From positions 1,117,249 through 1,181,248 of the forward strand of contig MU058241.1 in NCBI GenBank assembly GCA_013265495.1: a DNA stretch of 64,000 nucleotides, written 5' to 3'. Positions 1 to 11,612 of this stretch are shown piece by piece (position 1 is the stretch's first letter; every line of letters starts with the position of its first letter). The translations under genes and the position numbers were made by a program. Under the pieces are notes generated by a model that had not been told where the DNA came from, ran no database searches, and worked only from the letters and a program-made list of their open reading frames with translations. This stretch comes from Vicugna vicugna. Taxonomy: Eukaryota.

Positions 1-756
1 AGTTCTGCACCTTCTGCTAGGTACCCCAATGCTCGCTCACTGCCATCTCTGTTGGGCTGTTGGCTTCCTTGACAGAGGAACAGAAGTCCTGGTCCCAGAG
101 GGGCTGGAGCCCAGGCAGCCTTCTTGCACCTTTTTTGGTGAAAATAAGTCACTTGCATGACACACCTCTTTCTCCCTCCCTCACTGGGTTAATAAGAGCT
201 TTCTTATCTCTTCTCAATATGAGGGTCATAATGGTGACGCCCTCTTTTCTTGCCTGGGGTGCCAAGGCAGCAGCTGTAGCTTATAGTTTCACTGGATTCT
301 TTCTTGCCCCCTGGCAAATGTGTGCTGCCTCCAGGGAGCAGCACTAGTAATCCTGCAAGGCTGAGAGCTCCAGAGACAGGAAACACAAAGGGCCCCGGCC
401 GGTCAGTGGGAGTGGTGAAGACTGGGGACCTTCCTGCTCTTACCCTCTGGCTCCAGGACTCATGTAATCATCTCACCGGAGACACAGTACCACATCCTAC
501 CTTTAAATGTGGATACCACACACTGAAGAACAGCACCCCATTTTCACACGCAGCCAGACTGCTGCCTCATTTCTCACTCATTAGTTATCTTGTCCCCTGA
601 CACCTGCGTATCGTCCGATTTCTAACTGGTACGTGGTCAGTTTTTAGCTTCTTATTCCTGAGTTTGTCTGTTCTCGGATTCCTGCCCTGATGTTGTTTTT
701 CCATTTTCGCTCTTGGAATCAGGGCACTGCAGGAAGCTGTGCGATTCTGCAGTGCC

Positions 757-774
757 CAACACCAGGGGGCGCAC
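757..774 (+). promoter_or_regulatory. CTCF core motif, forward
   Basis: caACACCAGGGGGCGCac versus consensus CCASYAGRKGGCRS (one mismatch). Confidence 0.55.
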
Positions 775-884
775 TTTGTAAAGGATTGTCTCTGAGGACA
801 GTGGGTGCAGTTTCTTCAGAACACAGCGGAAGCAGAACTATATTCAGCATCTTGTAGAAACTTGCGGTGAGGAGTGCGAAGGCG

Positions 885-975
885 CATGTATGTGTGTTCA
901 TGAGTGACTGGGGCATTGTGCTGGGCACCAGAAATTGACACAACATAGTGAGCTGACTATACTTCAAAAAAAATA
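885..975 (+). mobile_element. L1 3' terminal fragment
   Basis: gtgactggggcattgtgctgggcaccagaaattgacacaacat...tatacttcaaaaaaaa resembles the L1 3' ends at 33990-34070 and 34495-34590. Confidence 0.7.
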
Positions 976-1942
976 CATACACAAAAAAAATGACTTTGAT
1001 GGACCACATGTCAGTTACCTTGAATATCAGCTTAACCAGAAAAATCTCACTTTCCAACAAAGATGTGTAAATGAGGCAATAAAAAAAAAGAACACAGCAC
1101 AATGCCATGTCTACTGAATAAAAGACATACCTAAGTCCATAATCGTGGCTCAGAGATGCTTTCTTATATTGAGAGGTTGGTGTTTGGAGAGAAAGAAATG
1201 ACTGTCATCAGTGATCTTCATCAGGACACATTGTTATCTAATAATCTAATAACCTGACTACTGGGAATACTATATGATCTATACATACATCAGTCATAAG
1301 TAACCAAAGAAGTATTATCACCATTAATCACCAAAATCTCCACTGCTAGCATTAAAAAAATCAACACACCACTAGTGTGAAAAAGAGTTTTTCTGAAGGT
1401 CCATTCTGTGAGAGTGATGTGCACATTTTTAGACAAAAAAAAAAAAGATGAGAACCTGCCTCTAAGTTTTATAGTTTCCATTTCCTGTGCTTTTTCTCTC
1501 TGATGGCTTGTAAGGGTCATAAAACCTTTGAGAAACTTGAAATATCGAGGTGCTTTCCCTGAGAAAAATGTAATTTTGGACACGCACATACAGTTTTCAG
1601 CTGTCGATGACCTCCCTAAAGGACATCCACAGATTTGGGAAGATTCTGTGGGTTTAGAATTTGGGAGCCAGGGTGAAACAGAATACGCGCTGAGTTTGCG
1701 TTCAAAAGCCTCGGTGGCAATCATGGTTCCATCACTTATTAAAGGCGTGGCCTTCTGCAAGGCAACGCTCTCTCAGGGACATTTTATCAGCTGCAGCATG
1801 CATATAATTATTTTATGTAATCATACTTTACATAATGTTTATGGACATCACATGAGAAGACAAAGGGAAAATTTCTGCACAAAGCTGGGTGCTAATCTTT
1901 TTTTAAAAGTTAGATTAATTATGTTGTTTAAGACACACATTT

Positions 1943-2138
1943 CTATGTATAAAATAGATAAACAGCAAGGACCTACTGTACAGCATAGGGAACTAGATTC
2001 AATTTCTTGTAATAACATGATGGAAAAGAATCTGAAAAGAAAACATACAAGTATGTTTATGTATAATGGAATCACTTTGCTGTACACCTGAAACTGACAT
2101 TGTAAATCAACTACAATTCAGTAAAAAAAAAAAAAAAA
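1943..2138 (+). mobile_element. 5'-truncated L1 (artiodactyl-type 3' UTR) with poly(A)
   Basis: aaaatagataaacagcaaggacctactgtacagcatagggaact...ctttgctgtacacctgaaact...A16 tail. Confidence 0.85.
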
Positions 2139-3457
2139 GTAACACTGGTGATGTTACACCTATCACTATGACTTTCTACAAGGAGTTGCTTTCTCCACTC
2201 TCTTCTGTGCTTATTGATCAGACCAATCGATCCTCAAAACAGTTCCACTTTTCTCAAAATGAGTGAAGTGTTTGCCTTTAAGATTTTTCTCCTGTTAAAT
2301 TTAGTTACAACATCCTAAGAACGTCCACAATGTATTTAGGCACCTGTGTGCCTAAAAATACGGAAACTTTGATTGCACGTGCCTTGACGGGCTTTTTCAG
2401 GGGCTATATTGGTCAAAAGGTATGCAGTATAACTGTAAAAAGGCCAAAACTGCAGGCAAAAACCCAAGATGGTGTCCACAATTAGTCTTTGGTAGGATAG
2501 AGATGCGATGAAGTTTCCTCTGGTATCCACAGCTTAGCTGTGTTACTTCACAGATCCAATGAATTACTGCCTATTCTCTGACCATCCACTAGATTCAAAG
2601 TACCATCACAGATAAGCTACGAGGATGCACTGAAGTGTGAGACACACGGCCAGCCCTCAAACATCTGACAGTGAGCCTCTTTCTGGAGATGCCCTGGGTG
2701 CAGTCACTCACAGTGAACACCGTGTGGAGGGGAATGAATGAGCTGTGCTGGGGGGAGGGCTGGAGCAGTCAGAGCACTGCTCCCCCCAACTCTGGCACGC
2801 CCAGGGGAAGCTTCAGCTGTTGGTCTCGCGATACCATGTACACATACACACCGTATGCTGAGAGAGCGGATGGCTACTCTGAAGCTTTGTTAAGTTGCAG
2901 TCTTACATAGCAAAGAAGAATGACAAGGGACATGGTTGCAGGCAGCGTCTGGCTCAAGGTCAGAAGACCCTTTATGTTGGTAAATCATGTTCGTGTTGGC
3001 ACCAGCGAGCCTCACAGCTTATCGGGGCGGAACGTATGAGAAACGGCTGCTTCACAGCATTGTTCCTGGACTCAGGCAGCTGTGCCTGTCTCAGGTTCCC
3101 CCCTCTGGGGACCTTACCCGTCCTTGGCTAACCAGCCTTCTCACCTCTGAGTCTGCAGCTTTTTATGACTTGTTTACCATTCTGGCCCAGGGCTCGTCCC
3201 TTTGTTCCCACAGTTGGGGGGCTACATCAGCTAGCAGAAGCTGGGACAGAGGCTGGAGCTGGAAGCAGGAAGGAAGAATAGCTGGAAGAAGCTGGATCAT
3301 TCCTGACACAGAGCGCCAGAGGACGGATGGGAATGTCAGAAATGTGGGAAAAGGGGGGCCTCGGGCAATTGTCTGTTTTATTGCTTTGATTACTAATGTG
3401 ACCCTAAACTTACGGCAGAAAACAAAAGCTGTGTAATTTTCTTTAGCTATATAAAAG

Positions 3458-3665
3458 GTCTTTTTAAATCTCCAATTGACATATATATAGTTGCTGTAAG
3501 ATATTGTATCTTTCAGGTATATGATAAACTGATACACAATTTTTAAAGATTATACTCCATTTACAGTTATTAAAAAATACTGGCTATATTCCATGAGCTG
3601 TACAATATATCCTTGTAGCTTATTTATTTTATGCATAGTAGTATGTACCCCTTAACCCCCTACCC
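3458..3665 (-). mobile_element. L1 3' fragment, antisense
   Basis: tttttaaatctccaattgacat...tggctatattccatgagctgtacaatatatccttgtagcttatttattttat is the reverse complement of an L1 3' UTR. Confidence 0.75.
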
Positions 3666-5167
3666 GAGTCTGGCTGTGTCTTTGATAGTGAGAAAGGCTG
3701 GCTCTCTCTGCAGAGGACTGGGGTGAATAAGCTTCGTGTGTGTGTTCAACCACGCCATCACTAACTGACCACACTGTAACTCTGAAACCTCTCTGGACTT
3801 TTCCTCTAACCTCTGTGGAAATAAGATGCTTTGTATGCCTAGTCCCCTGGACTGCTGGAGAGAGGATTAATGAAATAGTAATTGCAGGAGTTCAGACATC
3901 TTTGTAAAAATATATGTAGTATAAGAAAGAGAGAGAGAGATGTTTCATAGTAACTCCAGGGTCTGCAAGACACCGGACTCAGGAGAAAGCACTTCAGTGG
4001 TTACTGACTCTGCACCGTGAAGTTGTTTGCCAACACTCGCTCCACTGAGAGCGTTCATCTGTACACAAGTCTGCAAAGTTGCATTTGATTTGGTCTGAGA
4101 TCTGATTTGAGAATCTAGGCTCCCTGAAGTCTCATGACCTGAAGTCATCCTTCTGAGGCACACAGGAGATTTCCATCATCATACAAAATGTGACCTATAT
4201 TGTAAGATGAGTCCCAGGTTCCAGATGACTATTACTGTAAGTTATGTATCTCTGTCAACCACTGCTTCACAAGAGAAGGTCAGGGAAAACAGGCCATCCT
4301 TTCCTGAAAATTCTCTAGGGCATTAGAACTTTGAGAGGGTGGGGTGCAGACAGTGTCTTACCAGGGCAAAAAGGAAGATGGGTTAGAAGGTTTGGGGTTT
4401 TTGGTTTTTTTTTTTTCCATCTTAAGCAAAAAGGCTTGACCATAATGGAAGAGATTAAGAACCTAGAAAGGAACATTCTATCTGTTAAAAATATGGCAGA
4501 ACCAGTTTCACATATTTAACTATCTCCCTTCAGTATATTGTGAGTCGATCCGTCACATGACCAATCGAGCATCTGCATTCACTACATCTGAAAGGGCGTT
4601 TGCAAAAAGTCCTTGTATTTATTCATCTCTTCACAGTTTCTAATCAAAGGGTCATACAGTGCAGTCCCCAAAGATTCAGGCAATTGTGGCTCATCCTTTC
4701 TTGGCTACAAACAGATGGTTTTCACTAGCTCAGAGCTTTGATGTCTCTAGAATGGTTTTTGAAAAGTACAAATGTGTTACTTACAGGGAAGATACCTAGG
4801 AATGATTTCAATATCCATAACAAGTGTGTTGGTGAAAGGGAATGAAAAATTGAACACAAACTTCTTTTTCCTTGCTGTAAACAATGAGCAAGCCCAGAAT
4901 ATTTTCTATGAAAACAGAGGTTTTTTTAAGAGGCAATATCATGAACCCCATTTTCTTACCCATAAAATATTGCTTCCAGTCATGGTTTGGGGGAAGCAAA
5001 TATTTGATAAGTTGCATTCAACTTCATCCTGTGCCCTAAAGTTTAAAGTAATCATTGTCTAGAGAATGGCACCTTGGACAGAGACAAGATGACCGTAGTT
5101 AGACTCTTTAAATCTCCATAAGTCCTATTCCAAAAAATAGAAAGAGCAACTGAAAACAAAATGGATA

Positions 5168-5345
5168 CCGTACGGTTTTCCTATTGCTGTTGTATCAGCC
5201 AACCACACATTTAGTGGCTTAAAACAACACAAGTTAATTGTCTCATAGTTCCGGGGATCAGAAGTCTGAAAACATCTCATGGTCCTAAAATGAAAGTGTT
5301 GGCAGGATGGTCTTTCTTTCTGGAGGCTCTAGGGGAAGATGCTAC
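5168..5345 (-). mobile_element. MLT1 (MaLR) LTR fragment
   Basis: ttttcctattgctg...ttagtggcttaaaacaacacaa...tctcatagtt...tctggaggctctaggggaaga, a MLT1C/D-type signature. Confidence 0.75.
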
Positions 5346-6557
5346 TTTTCAACTTCTTTAAAGTCTGATCATCTTCTTATAACATATCTTTACATTTATC
5401 ATTTAGCAGTTGGTTTTCCTGCCTACTGAGTGTGCCTTTCCAATGTGGAGATTCAAAGCATCCTTTATTTCAAGAAAATATCCTCAAATTATCATTTTTA
5501 GTATTGTTGTTCCTTGATCAATGTGCAAAAAATACACTCTTATTGCATACTGTAAAAATATGCATAATTATAAATGGTGGTTCGACTTCCAAATACAGGA
5601 CATTTAATTCAAACAAATGCAGCTGAATGACTGACTACTTCCACGTATATCATGATTCACAGATATTTTGCAAACTGAACAGGAAAATAACTTCCATTTA
5701 TCATTTGTATCCCAAAGAACCACAGAATTACAAATTAATTTGTGAGTAGACTGTTGGGATACAGCGTCTCTGTAAACTAGTTCTTATTAACTTTCTTTTA
5801 TTTGCAGCATTTCTCCTGCAAAGAAGGGGGATGGGGAAGAGGAGGAGGATGAGAAGCAGAAGAGGAGGAAGAAGCAGCAGCAGCAGGAGTGGCAGAGCTC
5901 CTCAGTTACGGTGCCCCGTGGCCCTCAGGAGACATTCAGGTAACCTGAGCTGCTTGTCTCCGTAACAACACCAGGGAGAGCACCCAAGTCACAGCAACAA
6001 TGACTGAGCGACGTGCATGCACAGCAGCCTCCTGGACAGAAGGATAACCCTGTGAGGGCGGTTAAAGCACGTGAGTGTCTACACGCCTCCGAATGTTGAA
6101 CAAAACCAACACACCGCGTTTAGAATAATGGTGTCCGGGGGACCTTTAAAGAGGAGGCAGATGAGAGGACCGAAATCTGACTGATCACCTGACTGATCTT
6201 ACGGACTGTGCTGTCAACCCTAAAGTGAACCCACCCCCTGCTGGGTTCCCACTGGATCAAGTTTCTGTAGCTTCACAGCTAAGGATGAAACCTGGGACTT
6301 CTAGGACTCACTCAAGTCAGCTGTACTCCAAGAGGCCTCTGGGGGCCATCCCCTAGTGACACCTCGACATCCAGACATCGTCCAACTGAGCACAACCTAG
6401 GCCTGCTGTCCTGTGTGCTTGAACCGCTCCAGGTGTGTGTCTGTCTGAATAAAGGGAGGTCGTGGGCTAAGAGACACCCAGCGAGAGGAAGGATGCTGTA
6501 ATAATACCCAGGTTAATCATCCAAACTCCCTGGGGCCTACAAATCCCCAAATGCTTC

Positions 6558-6931
6558 TGCATTAGTTTGCCAGCGCTGCCATAAGAAAGCACCACAAAGC
6601 AACAGAAATGGATTTCACAGCTCTGGAGGCTGGAATCTGAGATCAAGATGTCGGCAGGGCTGGTTCCTCCTGAGCCCTCTCTCCTTGGTGTGTAGACGGC
6701 CATCTCCTCCATGTGTCCTCACGTGGTCGTCCCTCTATGTGTGTGTGTGTCCTCATCTCCTCTTCTTATAAGGACATCAGTCATACGGGATTAGGGCGCA
6801 CCCTAATGACTTCCTTTCACCTTAATTACCTCCCTAAAGACCCTACTTCCAAACACAGTCACGTTCTGAGGTCCTAGCTGTTGGAACTTCAACATATAAA
6901 TTTTTAGAGTGACACAATTCAGCCTAAAACA
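6558..6931 (-). mobile_element. MLT1 (MaLR) solo LTR, nearly full length
   Basis: Starts tgcattagtttgccag, contains ctggaggctggaatctgagatcaagatgtcggcagggctggttcctcctgag and ggattagggcgcaccctaatgac, ends gacacaattcagcctaaaaca. Confidence 0.88.
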
Positions 6932-7889
6932 GCTTCCCAGGGGAAAAAAATTATATTTCAGGAAACTATAATCATTATACGTGATGGATGGTCATTTTAT
7001 TTTCCATTTGATATAGTAAGAGAAATGAACAAAGCTCAAGCTCACCCCCATATTATAATCAGAGTAGAGAATATTCCTATTGTGCATTCACATATTTCAC
7101 TGAATACAACACTGAAATCCTTGTCAGATTTCTTCTTGTCATTCAATTCAATGCAGATTTGCACTGGGGTTTAAGAAAAACAATCCATTTTCCTTTACAC
7201 ACTCTCCAAAGTGCCAAAACGTCCACATTATGAAATCCTGTCCCAAGTACCATGTTTTTGGACAAATGAAATTCAGGTAAAGAGATACCTTTCAAGATAT
7301 TTTACTTTCAAAGCTCCATAAAGATCTTTCCGCAAACACAGCTCTTGACAAACCAATTTACCGCCTATGTTATAAGTGTCAGCTGGTGTCAAGAAAGGAA
7401 GAAAGTGTCAGTTTATACACACTACACTGACAAAGAACACTAATACTGAGAGATGACTGAAAAGTTAGAGAAAAGAGGAAGATAAACATTAACTTTGTCA
7501 AGGATATAGTCGATGCAAATTTTATCAATACGTATAAATATTCTCGCTAAAGAATGTATGAGCATTAATGACAGTGAAGATTAGACAAACCATCATGAAA
7601 AAATTCCACAGTAGAGCCTCAATGGAAAACATGTGAGTTTGGGTCTTTGGTTCCTTCATAACGTAATTGGGGTGTATATGATAAGCCATAACATCTTAAT
7701 TCTACAAAGAATCATCAAGCATCTGTTATTTCCAAAGTAGCCAGGCTGGATTTTGAGTGACAAAAGGCACTGAGAAATGAACTATATTCTCAAAGAACTG
7801 CCAGTTTTGAGAGGAGATAAATAATGAATATCAGTATTGAGGCAGCTTAGGAGGAAACGCATGAAATGTACTGCTGTTTCCATTCTATT

Positions 7890-8614
7890 CGAGAAATGAC
7901 ACAGCAATTAACACCAAGGCAGAGGAAAATTCAACTCCCAACTGGCCTTGAGGTCCAAGATGGCGGCAGACTTGCCCTCCAGTGACCTTGAGCTTCATGA
8001 AACGCTCCCTGTAATACAGTAGCAGTAAATGGCATTCCCACGAGCGCCACGACAGCTCCGGGGCTGACCAGTGGCCCACTTCCGCTTCTTCCCCAAAGCA
8101 GCTGGAATAAGCCTCCCACTTGTCGGCATGTGAAGTTACGGAGCCCATAACGATTAACGACCCCACACCTCGCGGCCTTTCTCGGGCCTTCTGAAGCAGC
8201 CTGTACTCTGTGGAGTGTGTATCTCTCTCAATAAGTCCGCCTTCGGAAATATACACAAAATGTTATGATAACTCACAGAGAAAAACGGGGCTGACCAGTG
8301 GCCCAGCTCCTCGGAATCACCACTTCTTCCCCAAAGTAGCTGGAATAAACCTCCCACTTGTCGGCATGTGAAGTCACGGAGTCCGTAAGGATTAACAACC
8401 CCACACCTCGCGGCCTTTCTCGGGCCTTCTGAAGCAGCCTGCACTCTATGGAGTGTGTATCTCTCTCAGTAAGTCCGCCTTTACTCTACTGTGGCTCACT
8501 CTTGAATCCTTTCCTGAGAGAAGCCAAGGACCCACACTTGGTGGGGCACATCCCAGGGACTCAACTGAGACCTGGGACACGGCCATCCTCTCGCCCCATG
8601 TGTTTCCTGTATCA
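7890..8614 (+). mobile_element. ERV (class I-like) solo LTR with internal tandem duplication
   Basis: ccaagatggcggc (YY1-like motif), ggagtgtgtatctctctcaataa, ctcttgaatcctttcctgagagaagccaaggaccc, terminal ttcctgtatca. Segment 8059-8243 is repeated at 8286-8481. Confidence 0.75.
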
Positions 8615-9131
8615 TCTCTACGAGTCGGCTCCTGAAAGGGCTACTTTCTCTCCTCCTCCTCCTCCAAATGTCACCTACGCTCCACCCCGACTGCCTCTGC
8701 TGTGAGGTCACCTTGCCCCTTGCCACAACACCATATCGAGTCACCACCAACAGCCACTTTCTCTGCCCCCCGTAGATAGTCCCTACGACCAGCTGGCTCC
8801 CCTCTGCCAGCGCGAAGCAGAGGCAGGCTCACACGTGGGAGGCTCAGCCCTCCTCTTCACCAGAATCGCCACCCTTTCTACTCCACCAAACACCCCCTCT
8901 CCCCACGTTCGCTGGGGGCAGTCTCCAACACTGTTGTGTTCTAGAATTTCCAACTGCAAGAAGGGCAAATGCCCCTCTGCTTCCGGCTTCCCTTGCTGGG
9001 TGTTGCCCTATTCCGCAGCAGGCGACTCCAAAGGAGTCTCGCGATTCACCACTGCACCACTTAAATGGCTATTTCCTTTCCTGCCTCCTGTGCCTGCCTG
9101 AAGTTTTTGCGGGAAGAGAGCCTTCATTTAA

Positions 9132-9450
9132 GTCAGGGGCCCGTGAACTAGCCCAAAGAGGACAAATCCAGGTCTGGCCCTTTTTTTTTACGGTTCATGA
9201 AAGAAAGAATGTTTTTGTTTTTTAACATTTTGTTTTAGTTGGGAAAAATCAAAGGCAGGTTTGGTGAGACAAGAAAATTATTTCAATTCAAGTTTCGGCC
9301 ATAAACAGCATCTCACTGGCGCACAGACCAGCTCCTTGGCTGGCGCCTTGTCTGCAGGTGCTTTCACACTGCAATGCAATGCGGACTGGCTGCAAAGCCT
9401 AAAATACTTACTGTATGACATAGGACGGAGCAAGTCTGCCGGTCCCTGCC
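9132..9450. mobile_element. hAT-Charlie DNA transposon remnant (MER58-like)
   Basis: Imperfect TIRs caggggcccgtgaact ... aagtctgccggtccctg and internal gcaaagcctaaaatacttact. Confidence 0.65.
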
Positions 9451-10865
9451 GAAAGTCCTACTCTCTACTCTCTACTCCAGGACTTAAGTAAGACTTGACA
9501 GGCTGGCCGCCCAGCTTTCCTTTTGATATGTAAAGCTGCCTCTAAATCCCCTGTCTCCCAGCTAAAGCCCGCCTTTCAAGACTGCCTGCTTCACCTTATA
9601 TTCTCAAAGAAAGAGCAGGCTTTGGGAGTGGAGGTGAACAATGACCTCATTATTTCTTCTCTGTCCCGCTTTAGAAATCCTTATCGGCATTTCAGTTGAT
9701 GGATGATTCTGGTTCACTGGAGGGGGGAAGCTGCGCCCAAGGACAAGCAAGAGCACAGGAATATTTTTCAAAAACTATCAGCTTCAGTGTAAATAAAAAG
9801 GATACCACCAGTGAGGGGCGGGAGGGCCACGCACCACCAACAGAGGGAGGGATGGGGGAAGACAGAGAGGGATGGGGATAACAGAGGGAATGAAGGAGAC
9901 CTTGAGGGGTGAGGAGGACGTGGGAGGTGGGGACAGGACGAAAGGGACGGTCCAAGAAAATCATGTGAGCAGAAGCCTCAGAACCGGGGCCCCAGGCAGT
10001 TTCTCCGCAGGCCTGAGAGCATCTGGAGACTAGGAGACCCTGGGAATGAGGGAAACACACTGACCCTCTTAGGAGGTAAATTATTGCAGTTCGCGCCTGT
10101 CCTGCAGTAGATTAACCAAGGTCGCAATGAATCAAGACACATTCCGTCACTACGCTGAAGGGGACACAATACATCTTGCAACCAAGATGTTCAGATTTAA
10201 TCGCCTGCAGGCAGCATGTAAGAGAAAGCAAGAAAACATACTCAAATGAATCACATACTATCTCACGAAGATTAAAGAACGTAAATGAAAAGGACACTGA
10301 ATACAGAGCTCAGGGAAAGGAGGGGTCCAGCGTTTCCACAGCCTCTTCCTGTTTCACTTTTCCCCACACGCTTCACATTCTGCTCTTTCCAAGTTAGCTG
10401 CTCTGCGATCCCTTGTGTCTGTAACAGTCTTGCTGATTTGGGCAGCCCCCTCCAATTACTGCTTAATAATATTAGGTATTCCACAAACATTGCTGAAATG
10501 AACGTTCCAAAACGCACAACTCCCAATAAGAAACCTCAGAGAAATGAAAAATGAGTCCATAAATGGTCACGACAGCCATGTGACCAAATAAAACAGGAAA
10601 CTGTAGTAAGTCTAGTTTAATTTATAGAACAGACGTGTTCCTGACCTGCTGTGCTAAAACAATGCTATATAATGCCTTCACAGAATTCCTTTCTAGAAAT
10701 ACATGCAGACTCTTATAGAATATACTTGGGCGCCATGACAGGAAAACAGAATTTAAGTATGAGAAAACACAAGGTTTTTTTCTTTTTTCTTATTAAATGA
10801 CTAAATAGAAGATTTTGACTTTTCCAACTTAACATATTTAATAGTCAAGTCACGGAATGCAAACA

Positions 10866-11092
10866 ACGTACTATGGAAAATGGTACCACACAGATGTACT
10901 AGTGGACGATGGTATGGCACAGACGTGCTGTGGACTATGGTACCGCACGGAAGTACTAGGGAGGATGGTACTGCACGGACGTGCTAGGAGGATGGTACCG
11001 CACAGATGCAGTAATGGAAGATGGTACTGCATAGATGTACTATGGAGAGTGGTATTGCACAGATGTACTACAGATCATGGAACTGCACAGAG
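10866..11092. repeat. Minisatellite, ~8 degenerate copies of a 27-29 bp unit
   Basis: Unit consensus ATGGTACYGCACAGAYGTRCTAKGGARG, read directly from the sequence. Confidence 0.9.
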
Positions 11093-11154
11093 TCGAGCGC
11101 ACTGGATTGAGTGTAAGAGAGGGGTTTTAACCACGTGATTTGTTTGGGTCTCTG

Positions 11155-11612
11155 CCACTGGGGTTCAGGACACACTACTTCAAAATATGGCACCTTGGCA
11201 AAATGAATATTCCCTGCTGAAAGAATCTGAGGAATGTCACTTGCAGAAAGCCCTCAACTGGAGGTCCCCTCCTCACACCGGGAGGAGAGGAGCATCTCGA
11301 CCTCAGCAGATGAAGGGACACGCAGCAGAACGCAAAGGCACAGGCCTTGCTCAGCTCCCCCCGTTCCCTGCTCTCCCCTCACCTCTGTACTACGGTCTCG
11401 ATCCACGACATTCCCTCTTCATCAAACCTGGCACAGAAATACTCAAGTTTATCCGTTTCTTCAGACCTTCATTCCCGACGTAGGCATCTGCATCACGTAA
11501 AACTTATGCTAAATAAATGTGTATGCTTTTCTCTTGTTCTCTGTCTCTTGTTCCAGGGGTCCCAGCTGATAATTTAAAGGAATAGAGGAAAAAGACGAGT
11601 TTGCCCCCCTGC
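11155..11612 (+). mobile_element. ERV1 LTR, MER34/MER39-like
   Basis: ggggttcaggacacactacttcaaaatatggcaccttggca...aataaatgtgtatgcttttctcttgtt...gaggaaaagacgagtttgccccc. Confidence 0.75.

Noticed and set aside
747..756. CTCF upstream (U) motif CTGCAGTGCC
   Set aside because: It sits only 2 nt from the core, closer than the spacing I recall for the zinc-finger 9-11 motif, so I did not count it as evidence.
10857..11138. Repetitive 93-aa ORF / CRISPR-like array
   Set aside because: It is a head-to-tail minisatellite with no unique spacers, a unit length that is not a multiple of 3, no cas genes and a eukaryotic context.
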